64,000 nt of DNA from the NCBI GenBank assembly GCA_004022145.1, contig RCNU01000011.1; one strand, 5' to 3'. The position numbers and the translations under genes are program-made. Of the stretch, positions 52,321 to 64,000 are shown piece by piece. Source of the stretch: Paecilomyces variotii. Lineage: Eukaryota. The notes below the pieces were generated by a model that saw only the letters and a list, made by a program, of their open reading frames with translations, had not been told where the DNA came from and did no database searches. The first letter of the stretch is position 1. Every line of letters starts with the position of its first letter.

Positions 52321-55300
52321 TGGTTCAACTCCAGTTATAGAGTATATTGCAAAAGAAGCCTGCAGTCCCCTGTCAAAGGCAAAGTAGGTCATCTCGTTGC
52401 GTGGACATGTATGACGAGCCTCACCTTAGATCCAATGAAGTGTGTATTTCCAAAGCGATCAATCACCTTGAAAACCAAGTCGGACAGTCCATTGACAGAA
52501 CGGAAGGGGTATTCCAGTGACCTACCACCACTCTATGTTCCGTGTCAGCCCTCATTTGTATGCTGCAAATCTGGGATAAGTGTAGAAACCGGAAATATTC
52601 TCTTCAGATGCGATGCGCATTTTTCGACTTTTAGAACCTCAGGATCTCTATCCGACAGTCGACACGCAAATATCCAGCGAATTCAAAAGTGCGTTGCTTC
52701 TGCGTATATTTCTCGAACACGTCCACATGGGATAGTCAACGATTGATATTCGAGTATCGCTGCCAGTTCCCCCGTGACAGTTAGATCGAGAAGCATAAGC
52801 ATACAAATACCTTTTCTCTTCCACAGAGACGAGTGTGCACGTTTTTAGGAACAAAAAGCGGCGCGATTCCACCAGAGAGTCAATCCCGTTCGAAATCAAA
52901 GTCAATAACGTAGCTTCGACGGTATACCCCTGGGAATGCAACAACTAGGTCCTCAAGACAGCGCAATGACCGTATATGATTTCCCACTGGAGACTCTCAC
53001 CATAGACGACCAAGCTAAGCTTTGAGGCGTAACGGGTTCTGGGATCGTCCCGGGACTTCCGATCGGTTGCAATTCTATTGTTGAACGCCGAGTTATGTAG
53101 AGTAGAGTACGGTTGTGGCTTTCGAAGCCGAAAAATGTGAGCTGGAGATGACTGGTGGAGACCGAAGCAGTGAGGAGCGTTGAAGAGGTGATCCAGCAAA
53201 ATCAGATAACCAACTTAGTTACTAGGGATAATGATTCAGATGATAGGATGTTGCATACGTCCATCCCTTCTTTAGTGAACGTGAATTGGGTAGTTCTTGC
53301 GAGGGTTCCCTGTGTGCACTCGGTTGGATGGTCTCTGTTTAAGTAGGTAGAGAAGAGAGGGCTCCGGGGAAAGAATCGTCTCCGCTAAGTACAGTGGAAT
53401 GCTCCCTGGGCACGTGCCGCGGTGTTTTTATCCCTCACTGACAGTATTACTCTTCCTGGCTATGGTAGGGTTCCGCTGTCAGTGATCTAGTGAAAAGTCC
53501 AAGAAAAAAGGAGGAACTGCTGACGACGGTTATAATGTTATGTTTCTCGTTGTCGACGTGATTAAAGTTCAACGACCGTGTCTGGTATCCCGCTATTGTA
53601 GCATACGGAATTCGATTGAAGAAACATACGTAGAAAAAAGAAGAGCCAGTCGAATAGTGAGATTCATCCGCAGATAATTAGCGACGTCGGATGGCTGGCC
53701 TGGTTTCAACGCAATACCGATGGCACAGCATGATTCTACATATAAGTAGTATGCGAGCAGCCAGAGATATCAGGGATACGGAGTATTATGTCCAGTTAGA
53801 GCACGTTCGATGGCATTCTAGCCCGCTGCTTATCTGTGAGTTTATTTGGATAGCTTTCTCGTCGAGATCGCAAGTAGTAAGTCTGCTACACATCAGCATC
53901 ATAACTCTATCTAACTATCTCGTGGACAGGAAGAATTATTATTATTCACTGGTTGATGGACATGATGAATCACATTCAGGATGACGGCAAGCGTTGAGTC
54001 TGTCTGAGCTCGGACGGGAGCGGGATCCATCGATCTGCAACGCCCGTGGGGATCTGCTTGCCGTGCTGGATCGTTAGGAATAATATGTACACACTGTGAG
54101 TTGACTTTGACTGGAGTCGATGCGATGCTGTTCTACCATGACGACTACCATACGGAGTACTCTGTATTTAATTGTCCAGTTAATTATTAGATCAGACGAT
54201 TTTAGGGACACAAAGGGTACAGTAGTTTATTAATAATAAGATCGAGGGAATAAAATGAGCGTGAGACCCGGAGAATGAGGTGCTGGGACCAGGCGTGAAA
54301 CCAAGCCCATCTCTTCCGCGATGGTCGATTTGTCCCCTGGATCATCGCGGGGCGATGACGTACCTGCCGAGTGGTTGCGCCCGTGGATTCTATTTATGAG
54401 GATTTCCAGGAAAAAAAAAAAAAAGAAAAAGAAAAAGAAAGAAAAAAGAGAGGAAGTTAAGAACGACAGAAACTCAAAGACAACAGCCTGAAGGTCAATA
54501 GAAATGATCAGAAGAGAGTATTGATTATTGTACTGTAATTCCTCATTGAAGCGAAATCCCAGCGAGGTTGATGCACACTGGCTGAAGGCCCGCAGAGAGC
54601 CCGAGCAATGTGTGAACTGTGAATAATGCGTGCCTGGGAGTTGGGGACTGTCCGCCAATCAGCAGCCGAGGAGGAGACGACGCGCTGGCCAGGGCGGGCT
54701 TAGCGTGGTTTCACCAGCAGCCGACAGCCAAGAAGAAGTCCCCGGTTGGCCCTGAGTAACTGGTTAATGGTTGTACGGGGAAGAAGACGGTGAGACCGGG
54801 ATGATGGATGCTGTAGTGGATGTACAGAGTATGGTAGTATTCTAGAGGATATTGGTTGTGTGTGTTATATTATTATTTTATTGATTGTTGTATTATTATA
54901 TATAAGGACCATACAAACACCTGTAGCTCGCCGTTAGAAACACCAGCGTCGATGGCTGCAACTGCTCCGTCGTCTCGGGTGGAGCACGTGATAACGATAT
55001 GCGGTCCTTCTGTATTACAGAGTAGTTAGTTAGTTAGACGTCCCTACTGGAGAAGAAGAAGAAGAATAATAATAATACTGGACACAGTAACAACAGAAGC
55101 AAGAACGCAAGCACATCGAAGGAAACATGGCGAGCACATAGAACTTATTCCTCCCTGCCGACTCGCCACCGTCCGCCATCGCTGACACCTCTCTTTGTTG
55201 TGTCCCTCTGATCCCTCGCGCCCTTTCTTTCGTCCCCCTTCAGTCGTGCGAAGCTGGGAGCGAGGAATGACGCTTTAATTGGGTCGGGGTAGATCTTGGG

Positions 55301-55703
55301 TCCCAGGTACTCCACCAGACAACGAATGCCCTGAAGCTCTGACACCCCTCTCTCCGTCGGCCTTTCTTTCTCGCTCGTTTATATTATCCTCTGCATCCCG
55401 TCACCGGTTGACGATCTGCTTATCCTACTTCTGCTGCTGCTGCTTCTTTTACTACTGCTTCTTCTGTTTCTGCTACAACATCGTTGAAGGACTCCGTCCG
55501 CCCTGGTGGCTGGCAGTCTTTACTCGAACCCCACTGACGAGTCCTTATCAAAGGGGACCGATCAATACCCCCTGTCGATCCCCCAGTCGCGCGACAAGGG
55601 AATCAGAGGGCCAGCATATGAACCGCCCAACTCCCTCATCCCCCAATTCCTCCGCATTGACCGACTCTGCGATGATCATCGCCTGTGCTGCCATCACCAA
55701 CAG

Positions 55704-55774
55704 GTAGTTCGCGTTGGGTTAAGGTTGACGTTGACGTTGACGGTGACGGTTAACGGTGACGGTGACGGATACAG
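55704..55774 (+). promoter_or_regulatory. Putative 71-nt 5'UTR intron built from tandem GTTGAC/GGTGAC units
   Basis: CAG|GTAGTT donor at 55704, seven degenerate G(T/G)TGAC-type units at 55724-55766 and a TACAG acceptor at 55774, 5 nt before ATG 55780. Confidence 0.5.
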
Positions 55775-55779
55775 TCGAC

Positions 55780-58700
55780 ATGGCTGGAGAGGACCCCTTT
55801 GCCTTTGTGGCCGCTGAACAACCAAAGCCGGTGAAGCACAGACACAACTGGAAAGGCAAGCTCTTTTCGAAAGATAAGAACGGTCACAAATCAACGGACC
55901 AACAGGTCGAGGACTTCTTGAATACCGCACGCCACAACCATCAGACCCAGCTCCCCCCGAGAGCTGTCCCCCCAGCGCCTCGCATAGATGTCTCCGTGTC
56001 GCAACGATGGCCTGCGTCGCACGAGACCCCCAGTGCCTCTCCGCACTCCTCCCCACCGTCCGCGCACGATCTCGTCCCGCCGGCGAGCACGTTCAGGTCT
56101 GCCCCCAAGAAACCACACAGGCGAGGATTGAAGGTCTCCTTCAGTCGCCATGCTCCCGATGTCATTGGTGAAGGCGGTGACGAGTGCGAGGTTCCCACGG
56201 TGGAAATCTATCGGTCTCACCACCGGTCGAGGAGCCAGAGCTCAGTCCAGGCGGGTTCGCAGCAGGGTTACGCGCCCTACCCTGGTCAGTCGAGAGCCCC
56301 CGAACTGCACCTAGACACCTCAATGCCAGGAAGAAGACCAGATGGGATCACCATCAGCAATGAGCCTCCGACACCAGAGGACGATTCGCCCCGGGGCGCT
56401 CCCCGGAACCCTCTATTGCTGAATACGCAGGATGCGGACTTCTTGATGGCTTTGAGTTCGGGCCATCGAGACGCCCGGCTATCGCTACGAAATTCTCCAG
56501 ACCCCAACTCCTTCGCAAGACGGGTGCAGGCGAAGATGCGTGCAGAGGAAGGTCGCGCGCTTCAGCATCGTCGGGAGGAACCCATGTCCCCGGATAATGC
56601 AGAGAACGACATTCGAGCACAGCAGGAAAATCTGCCTCTACGACCGTCTATCAATTCCCAGCTTACGTCCTTGAGCGCTGACACGGATGACGTCTCATTG
56701 AATGTGTCTCTACGAGCTTCTCCAGTTCCAGCAGTTCACGAGCGGCCATCTGACACGCCCGAACCAACTCTGCCGTCCGTCCTCCCAACAGCTGCACCGG
56801 TCCAGGTGCTTTCGCCGCCACCCCGGTCCGTTCTTCGAGGCGGAGACCATTCTTCAGATTATGGATCGCGGCCGACGAGCCGTGACAGTCGAGGCAAGGC
56901 GCCCAGCCCGGGACCCAAGATGACCTTGCGATCAGCCGCCAGTGCAGTCGGAGACAGTGCGTTTGCGGAGTTTGCGGCCTATGCGGAACGATCCTACCCT
57001 CTGTTTCGACTGGCTGCGGCTAACTCCAAGCCTGTGCTGGAAACTCCGCTTGCAGAATGGATCAGAACCGCGGTCTGGTGGTTCCTGCGCGGACGATCGC
57101 GCCTGGAGGCAGCTGTGCGTTCGCGGAAACACAATCTCGCGGAGGCTGCCCGGCAGGCGGTCGTTGACCTTGCAAAGTCTTTGTGGATCAACCAGGAGAT
57201 TGTCCCTCAGCTCGCAGAAATCGCTCGATACGGCCAGGGTGGCGTGGATGCTCTTCTCGCTATCGCAAGCAGCACTGGCGATCAGTATTTGGCGGATACG
57301 CTGGGACTTCACCAGGGGATGATGAGCCATCTCCGCGCGCTTACGATGTCGATGAAGCGAAACAATATCATTGCGGCCGCACCCGAACAGGATGTACTCG
57401 ACCAGCGCCTGGACACATCGGTGTGGATCAAATATCCTCAGTTCACGCCTGATGTAGTGACAATCCTTTCCGGGGCCACGAAATCTATGGTAGTTGACCG
57501 AGCTGCCAAGGCGAATACGGCCGAAATGATGCCTTTGAGTGACACTCCCCGCTTTTTCACCTACGGCAGCATGTTCGTCAGTGCGTACGTGAGCTCGGGT
57601 GACGATGATTCCGATCAGTATGCCATCCCATGCGTGTTATCGATCATCCGCGACCGCGGAGATTGGTACGTTCTCGCGGCCATTTCCAGCCAAAATGACC
57701 TGGTCAACATTGTCATCCAGTCAGATAGGAAGAAGGGCCCAACTTGGGACGATGTGCAATGGCAGGTCAAGTCATTTTCTATCGAGGTCCGTCTTCCTCG
57801 TGGCTTCCGGCTGGACGTCGTCTTTGACGAAAGCGATTTCAAGATTATCTGGAACATCGTAAAATACACCCGCCGGATCGAGGAGAGCTTGCAACCAGAG
57901 CCGGGAGAGCGAGTCCTGTTCGAAAACACCCTGAAAGTGTTCCAGTACATGGACCCGGGCACACCAAAGGCGTTTCCTGCGGAGCCCATCCAACGATGCC
58001 GCATCCGCTTGTTCGAGAAGTTTGTCACACTCACCACTGGCACCGGGAAGAGAGAAGCTCATCGCGGTTTTCGCCTTTCTGTCGTGACCAGCCCGAAAGT
58101 CAAGACGCTCAGTAACGTGCAGCATGCGCTGGGAGAGGGCGCCCCCATTGTGTATGGCTATCTTCGCGGCGAAGACGGATCTCCGGCCTTTCTGCTTAAT
58201 GTCACGGAAGACGGAAGAACTCGTTCGATGCTGATGACATTCCATGAAGTTGCGGAGCGTACAACTCTGCATTCGCTTCTCCTGGGTATGGTCCCCAGTG
58301 ACAAGGAGTTCAAGATCTCTGACATTCCGATACGCTCTTTCGCCATCGAGCAGCCGGCCGACGTGTTCTCGGGCCAGCCGGCAATCACACATCTCCAGTT
58401 CCCGGCTGGTGCGGCCTCCGTTATCGACCAGGAACCCGGATTTGTCGAGCATGGATATGGACCGACCATCTTGTCGGAACATCTGAGAACCTTTGTGAGC
58501 ACGGAGTGGGGTTCTGTCACGGACCGCGTCAATATAGGTATGATGGTGGTTTGACCTGAGCTAGCTTGGAACGTTGCTGACTCTGTTTAGGCCCTGGCGA
58601 GTTGAAGATCGGACTGGATGTGGGCAAGAAGACGGTCTTGAATGTGTACCGGCCTCCTCAGGAAGATATGACCATTTCTGTTGCGGAGAATTTGGTCGCA

Positions 58701-59418
58701 AAGGACTATCCAGAGACTGTAACAAAACTGCTCCAGCTCATGAAGTCTACACCTCTGGTCCGCAAATACGAGTTTGCTTCGTTGCAGGGTGAGTCTTGAG
58801 GGATACCCCCTCCCCCGAAAACCTTGGACAGACGCTGATTGTGCTACTAGATCTGCATACTTTCCAGGCGGCCTTGACGGGCTTCAAGGTACTTTATGAT
58901 GGGTATGTTTGTGAAGTGTCAATATTATGAGCGCGCAGCTAATGTCTGTAGGATGGCCTCTACATTCGCGATCTCGCGACGTAGGATGGTGGTTCCCATC
59001 TACAAAAAATGGGAGGCGAACATGGCTCGAATCCAGGTGATTCAGCAGGATCGTACGATCCAGCTACTGGCTTTCTTCGCCGACTTCAGTCATGGAAAAA
59101 GCATGAACTTTGTCCTGAAGAGCACAGACACCTTGGAGAGCTTTGGTCGGACTGGGAAGTTTGGCATTCGGATCGTGGACGCCAAGTTTGCCCTGCCAAG
59201 GACCGGCGACGAGTCGGCACCGTACGTCTGCCTGGATATGCCAGAGTATCCCAGCGAGCACGACGACATCGATATCGCTTTTGACACTGAGTCAGGTAAG
59301 ATTTCACCCGGATCTGTACATGGGTCTGGCTAATCATCCTATAGAGCGTACCAACTTCCGGTCCGTGATCCCTGCTACGATGAAAGAGCCGTCCCGAATG
59401 AAGTCTCTCCGTCGATAA
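55780..59418 (+). CDS. Large conserved fungal protein of unknown function (Pro/Ser-rich N-terminus, globular C-terminal domains), 5 exons
   Basis: Long ORF from ATG 55780 plus downstream exons joined by canonical introns (about 58539-58590, 58789-58850, 58883-58951, 59297-59345). Conserved-looking blocks IGEGGDECE.P, WIRTAVWWFLRGR, GSVTDRVN.GPGELKI and FAISRRRMVVPIYKKWEA. Confidence 0.85.
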
Positions 59419-59686
59419 GCGGACGACAACCCCTTGCAATGCTGATCTTTGAATACCATGCCTCTTATGTGTACCATAATGATACCCCTAAACAATGTTC
59501 TGCCTTTCGCGGATTCTTTCACGTGACTTCCCCATACATTGCGCTATCTCGACCCCGCCTGTGACAAATCCCCCTCCGATTAACTAAGTTACTCCGTACC
59601 TTCACTTCTCAACGAGGATCACCTTTTTGAGTCTATTGTATTCGGGCAATTGAACCTGTAACGAAGAAGTTTGTAACCAAGTAAGA

Positions 59687-60936
59687 ATGGCGAACCCTGA
59701 GAAAGCCCGCCCTGCTACCTTGGCACTGCATGCCGACGATGTTCTGAACAATGTCACCGATGTCGCCCCTCCGCTACACCTGTCTACGACGTACAGATAT
59801 TCTGACAACCCTGCGGATCTTGTCCCGTGGGCAGATGCTACCGTATGCTCTGGAGGCCTTTGGTCTTGCTTTCAAAATGCTCACCAGACCAGGAACACCA
59901 CACTGACCCTAAGACTCATATCTACTCCCGCTTCACCTCCCCGAACGGAACCCGGTTCGAAACGATCCTCTCTGCTCTCACCAATGGTCACGCTCTGACG
60001 TATTCTTCGGGTCTGTCCGCGTTGCATGCCGCTCTGGTCCTCTTCAATCCTCGCCATATCTCAATCGGAGAGAACTACCATGGGTGTTTTGGTGTGATTG
60101 GTTTGATGTCGCGGTTGACAGGGCTGCAGCAGCTCGACATTGACTGTCCGGCTGAGCAGCTGGAAGCTGGCGATGTTGTCCTCCTGGAGACCCCAATCAA
60201 TCCCCACGGTGTAGCCTCGAACATCGAGGAGTATGCTAAGAAGGCGCACTCTCGCGGAGCGTTCCTGATCGTGGATAGCACTTTTGCTCCGCCTGGCCTG
60301 CAGGATCCGTTCCTGTGGGGCGCAGACCTTGTCATGCACTCTGGCTCGAAATATTTTGGCGGTCACAGCGATGTACTCTGCGGTGTGCTGGTCACGCAAA
60401 AGAAGGCGTGGTATGATAAACTGCTTGGTGATCGCTTGTACCTGGGGAGTGTCATGGGAAACATGGAAAGCTGGCTCGGGGTGCGCAGCTTGCGTACTCT
60501 TGAAGTCCGAGTGCAGCGTCAGAGCCAGAATGCGGAGCGACTGGTCGCCTGGCTGGACAATGCTATGCAGACGTCGGATCCCCAGGCAGGCAGTGACGAG
60601 GCCGTTGCGAAGGCCACTCTGCACAAGGTGTACCATGCCAGTCTTCAGAAAGAGGACATGTCCTGGCTTCGCAAGCAGATGCCGAACGGGTACGGTCCGG
60701 TGTTCTCTATCATTCTCAAGAAAGAGGAATATGCTCGGAAGGTCCCGACCAAGCTTTCTTTCTTCCACCACGCGACCAGCCTGGGCGGCGTCGAGTCGCT
60801 TATTGAATGGCGGACCATGACGGACGCCAAGATCGATCGCAGACTGCTGCGGATCAGCGTCGGTCTGGAGAACTGGGAGGATCTGAAGAACGATTTGGTT
60901 GCGGCGTTCCGGGCTGTGCTGGGGGAAGAAGCGTAA
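59687..60936 (+). CDS. PLP-dependent Cys/Met metabolism enzyme (cystathionine gamma-synthase/lyase family, YHR112C-like), 2 exons
   Basis: ATLALHADD...DVAPPLHLSTTY; YSR; YSSGLSA; LETPINP; VDSTFAPP; PLP-lysine motif MHSGSKYFGGHSD; HATSLGGVESLIE; LLRISVGLE. Intron about 59843-59892. Confidence 0.92.
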
Positions 60937-61673
60937 ATAAATGGCCCTCGATCATAAGTATAGATTAGATACAATAGATTCAATACATTGCTGAGATATT
61001 ACCATCTCGACCCAACCCTTGTCTAACTAGGTAGTAGCAGCAGCAGTAGTATTAAAACCCCGCATGCACCATTCCGTCATGATCGTCACACTTTCAATCA
61101 TCCTTCCAATCATCGCCCTAGAGAAATCTAATTCTGTCTAATCATAATATTACTATCCGAATTTCGAAACACTAGTATACTCCTTGCTATTGCAGTATTC
61201 GGGAAGTAACTTTCCACCAAGTACCTAACCTACCTAGATAAATACCCCGCACTAAGTAACCCCGCCAAACTTTGGGGGGGAGATTCGATTCTGCCGGTTT
61301 TCATCCGATTTTCAATCACAATCATCGATCATCGATACTCTGGGAATCGATATGCAGTTCAGGGATACAGTTTAGGTAATTGCTGAATACTGCTCTAGGG
61401 GGATATACGCAGGAAGATCCCCGCGGACAGAAGTACCTACCTACCTACCTAGTGTGATGTTACGCACGGCTTGACTTACTTATCTCTGTTATCTCAACGA
61501 CCTGACGAACCATCGCATGCATATTATTACCTACCTACCTACCTATCTAATTGATTGATCTCTCCGAAATCAACAACAAACCACAATTAACTCGAATCGA
61601 AACAAATCGAATCGACTCGAGTCCCCTCTTCATTCATTCATCTACATACATACATCTTACACCACCCGAAAAA

Positions 61674-61988
61674 ATGCCATCCAAATCGGAAACATCCACA
61701 CCTCCACAACCCACCGGAACATTCCAAATCCACTACTTCGCCACCGCAGCCAGCTACACGCGGAAACAAACAGAATCGCTCCCTGCACCATTACCTCTCT
61801 CAAAGCTCTTTGGCGTTCTCGAACAGCGATATCCCGGTATCAAGGAGAAGGTGCTTGTTAGTTGTGGGGTTAGTTTGGGGATGGAGTATGTGGATGTTAA
61901 TGAGGATGATGATGATGATGATGGTGATGCGACGATGATAAATCCGGGGGATGAGGTTGGGATTATTCCGCCTGTTAGTTCGGGGTAG
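61674..61988 (+). CDS. cnxG: Molybdopterin synthase small (sulfur-carrier) subunit, MOCS2A/MoaD family
   Basis: FQIHYFATAASYT..TESLPAPLPL..LF..LE.RYPGIKEKVL.SC...EYVD...GDEVGIIPPVSSG*; matches Aspergillus CnxG as I recall it. ATG at 61674. Confidence 0.92.
   Translation: MPSKSETSTPPQPTGTFQIHYFATAASYTRKQTESLPAPLPLSKLFGVLEQRYPGIKEKVLVSCGVSLGMEYVDVNEDDDDDDGDATMINPGDEVGIIPPVSSG
61905..61922 (+). repeat. Coding (GAT)6 microsatellite giving a poly-Asp loop in CnxG
   Basis: gag-gatgatgatgatgatgat-ggtgat translates as EDDDDDDGD. Confidence 0.85.
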
Positions 61989-62659
61989 TCTTTTCGCTTT
62001 TCGCCATGGGAAGAATGTTGATGGGACTGGTTACGATCGCGGAGAAAGGGTGGTTAAGTAGGTATCTGATCTATCAGCGCTCTTCGCATGCTATGCTATG
62101 TGCTGTTTAAGCAGGCGTGGTGTACTTTGCGTAGACGGGTAGTTGGGGGATGGATTGAAGGATATTTCCTATCTTTGACTTTTTTTTTTTTTTTTTGAGT
62201 CTGGTTTATGTACTTAATAACAAGCAAGTGATTTTGAGGTTCAGCCTCTCTCGAATATCTAAACTTGAGCATGGTGTTTGAAATATGACAACATTATATC
62301 ATATTCACTTATAAGAACAGAGCTAAATATAGTCCCTCTGAATAGAAAACGCAATTGTTTAACGTAATTAAGTCTGCGAAACCGACCAAGGGAAGATACC
62401 ACTCTAACTAGTTAGTTTATATGTCTATATCGGGATCATTGCACAGAAGCTCGAACCGGAGGGCATACGTGTCAGATTTAGTCATTAGTCACTTTCTAGG
62501 GGAAGTTCTGTTTCAGGGTTTATTTGGTATGCGTGTTGTCTTCTGGTTGCAATTTGTCGGCATGTTGTTGTTTCAGAATGTTGGTATCTGAATTTGGGAT
62601 GTTTGGTATTTGCTTATTTTTCCGTTAAGTATCGGGGGTTTAGGATCTGATGCTTTCTA

Positions 62660-62713
62660 GAAAAGAAGAAGAAGAAGAAGAAGAAAAGGAAAAGGAGAAG
62701 AAGGAGAAGAAGG
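62660..62713. repeat. (GAA)n purine-rich microsatellite
   Basis: gaaaagaagaagaagaagaagaagaaaaggaaaaggagaagaaggagaagaagg, intergenic. Confidence 0.8.
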
Positions 62714-63447
62714 ACGAACCCATGGGATATTTTAAAAAGCAGTTTACTATTTCATAAAAGGCATGTCTTCACATACATACATACAGTACATACTTCATTA
62801 CGCCCAATCGACTACAGTACATCTATGCAGTTTCACCATAATTTGGCCCGATGATCTCCCTGTCGCGGGAAATGTATCTGAATAGCAAATAATGCTTAGA
62901 GTTTCACGGATCTAACTAAACATAGGAATCACAGTCAAGCTTTTCCCGACCCACTTGAGCATGTCAATCGTCCGAACGATCCCAGAATAGCATCGCCATC
63001 AGCTACCAATAGACTGGAGAATTTCTAGATTCGTACCTACTACCGTACCATATGGCACACGTTTCTCCATTGTTGTTGTTGCCCCTAAGCTCCAACGCTC
63101 CGCGGAACTATACTTCTCGCAGCCAATGACGGCGTTCCAGCGACATACTCGTCGATCAGGCTGGGTGCAAGGATCCAATAGCGGACACGTCCATCGGCGA
63201 GCTTCCACAGGAAGACTCTACGTGGCCAATGGTAGGACGTGTGATTGTCAGCATGTATGGATGTCTCCGAGTTCACTGAATAGCTTGGGGTCAAAGCAGT
63301 ATCTCAGCCGTGGTAAATGACGAGTACAGCAGGCAGCCACATGTCTCGTGGAAAAGGAGTCGGGAGGTGGTCAAAATGGATGCGGTCCTGTCTAGCATTC
63401 CATCTTCTTTCCTTCAGAGGAGGATATTGTCTTTTCGTTGATTCAAA

Positions 63448-64000
63448 ATGGTGTCATTAACGTTGTTTACTTTACTGGGTAGGTATTGACCTACAGCTGA
63501 TTTCTGAAAATGCCTCTGACTGTCTGATTGAACAGGCTTCCTGTCCTATCTTGTGGCCCCTGTTGTCGGACAGACGCAATCTACGCCAGGCAGCGTTTTC
63601 ATCCTGCCGTTACAGGGACCATCAAGCAACTACACGTTTGCTGTTAACATCCCTGAGAACTCGGAGGATGTCTATTTTCATCTTTCGGGCCCAACAGAGT
63701 ACTCTTGGATTGCCGTGGGGACCGGCAATCAGATGAAGGATTCGTTGATGATCATTCTCTACTCGAATGAACACGGTGATAGTATGTAGAAATTGTACTG
63801 AGCTGGGTACTTTCATCTATCATGACTGCTGACCCCTTTTAGATGTCACTGTTAGCCCTCGTCTCTGCTCCGGTGAGCAGGAACCGGTTTTCTCTTCCTC
63901 CCTCGATGTGGTCATCTTGCCAGGAAGCGGAATTGCGGACAATACAATGACGGTGAATGCTCGCTGCACAAACTGTTCACACTGGAAGACTGGCTCTCTG
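63448..64000 (+). CDS. Secreted DOMON/CDH-cytochrome (iron reductase-type) domain protein, 5' part; runs off the window
   Basis: Exon 1 MVSLTLFTLL plus exon 2 give a signal peptide; then FAVNIP...DVYFHLSGP..YSWIAVGTGNQMKDSLM, and exon 3 VTVSPRL.SGEQEP...MTVNARCTNCSHW, typical of the CDH-cyt DOMON domain. Confidence 0.85.

Noticed and set aside
52330..53350. Several 60-180 aa ORFs downstream of the NLR relic
   Set aside because: No ankyrin/WD/TPR or other motif is recognisable, so they were not included in the relic or called as genes.
55724..55766. Tandem short repeats as a CRISPR-like array or CRE (TGACG) enhancer
   Set aside because: Units are 6-7 nt with no spacers in a eukaryotic context, and they are better explained as the interior of a 5'UTR intron.
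57772..60771. Two 236-aa antisense ORFs (57772-58482 and 60061-60771) and similar shadow ORFs in ags and the TFs
   Set aside because: They lie opposite well-supported genes, have no motifs, and are expected from codon bias in GC-rich coding DNA.
61968..61988. CnxG ends in -SSG rather than the canonical -GG of MoaD/ThiS carriers
   Set aside because: As I recall, Aspergillus CnxG proteins normally end in PPVSSG, so this is not a defect or novelty.

Overview
Eukaryotic, intron-containing DNA from a filamentous ascomycete, most likely Eurotiales (Aspergillus/Paecilomyces/Talaromyces-like). This is inferred from short GT-AG introns with CTRAC branch sites, Zn2Cys6 regulators, an alpha-1,3-glucan synthase and a CnxG ending in PPVSSG. 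About 19 intact or edge-truncated genes can be supported. Left part: yng2 (partial), a secreted SGNH esterase, a Zn2Cys6 factor, a YOR389W-like secreted protein, a bZIP-like/DUF3425 protein, an alpha/beta hydrolase, a pyruvate decarboxylase-family enzyme, an FMP42-like MFS transporter and a BAHD/Tri101-like acyltransferase. Right part: Ags, a second Zn2Cys6 factor, a FYVE-RING protein, a TRP/FLC-family membrane protein, an APH-like kinase, a large conserved unknown protein, a Cys/Met PLP enzyme, cnxG and a DOMON/CDH-cytochrome protein (partial). Manual translation also shows three pseudogenes that the ORF track fragments or misses: an arginase, an OrdA-like cytochrome P450 and a PNP-NACHT NLR relic. 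They mark two accessory, decaying segments (about 10.7-24.7 kb and 49.4-52.3 kb). I found no tRNA, rRNA, CRISPR array or intact transposon, and no clearly new system is proven. The best leads are the PLP enzyme/sulfur-carrier gene pair, the kinase/NLR head-to-head pair, the decaying metabolic island and a 5'UTR intron/uORF switch. All family assignments come from motif recognition, not database searches.
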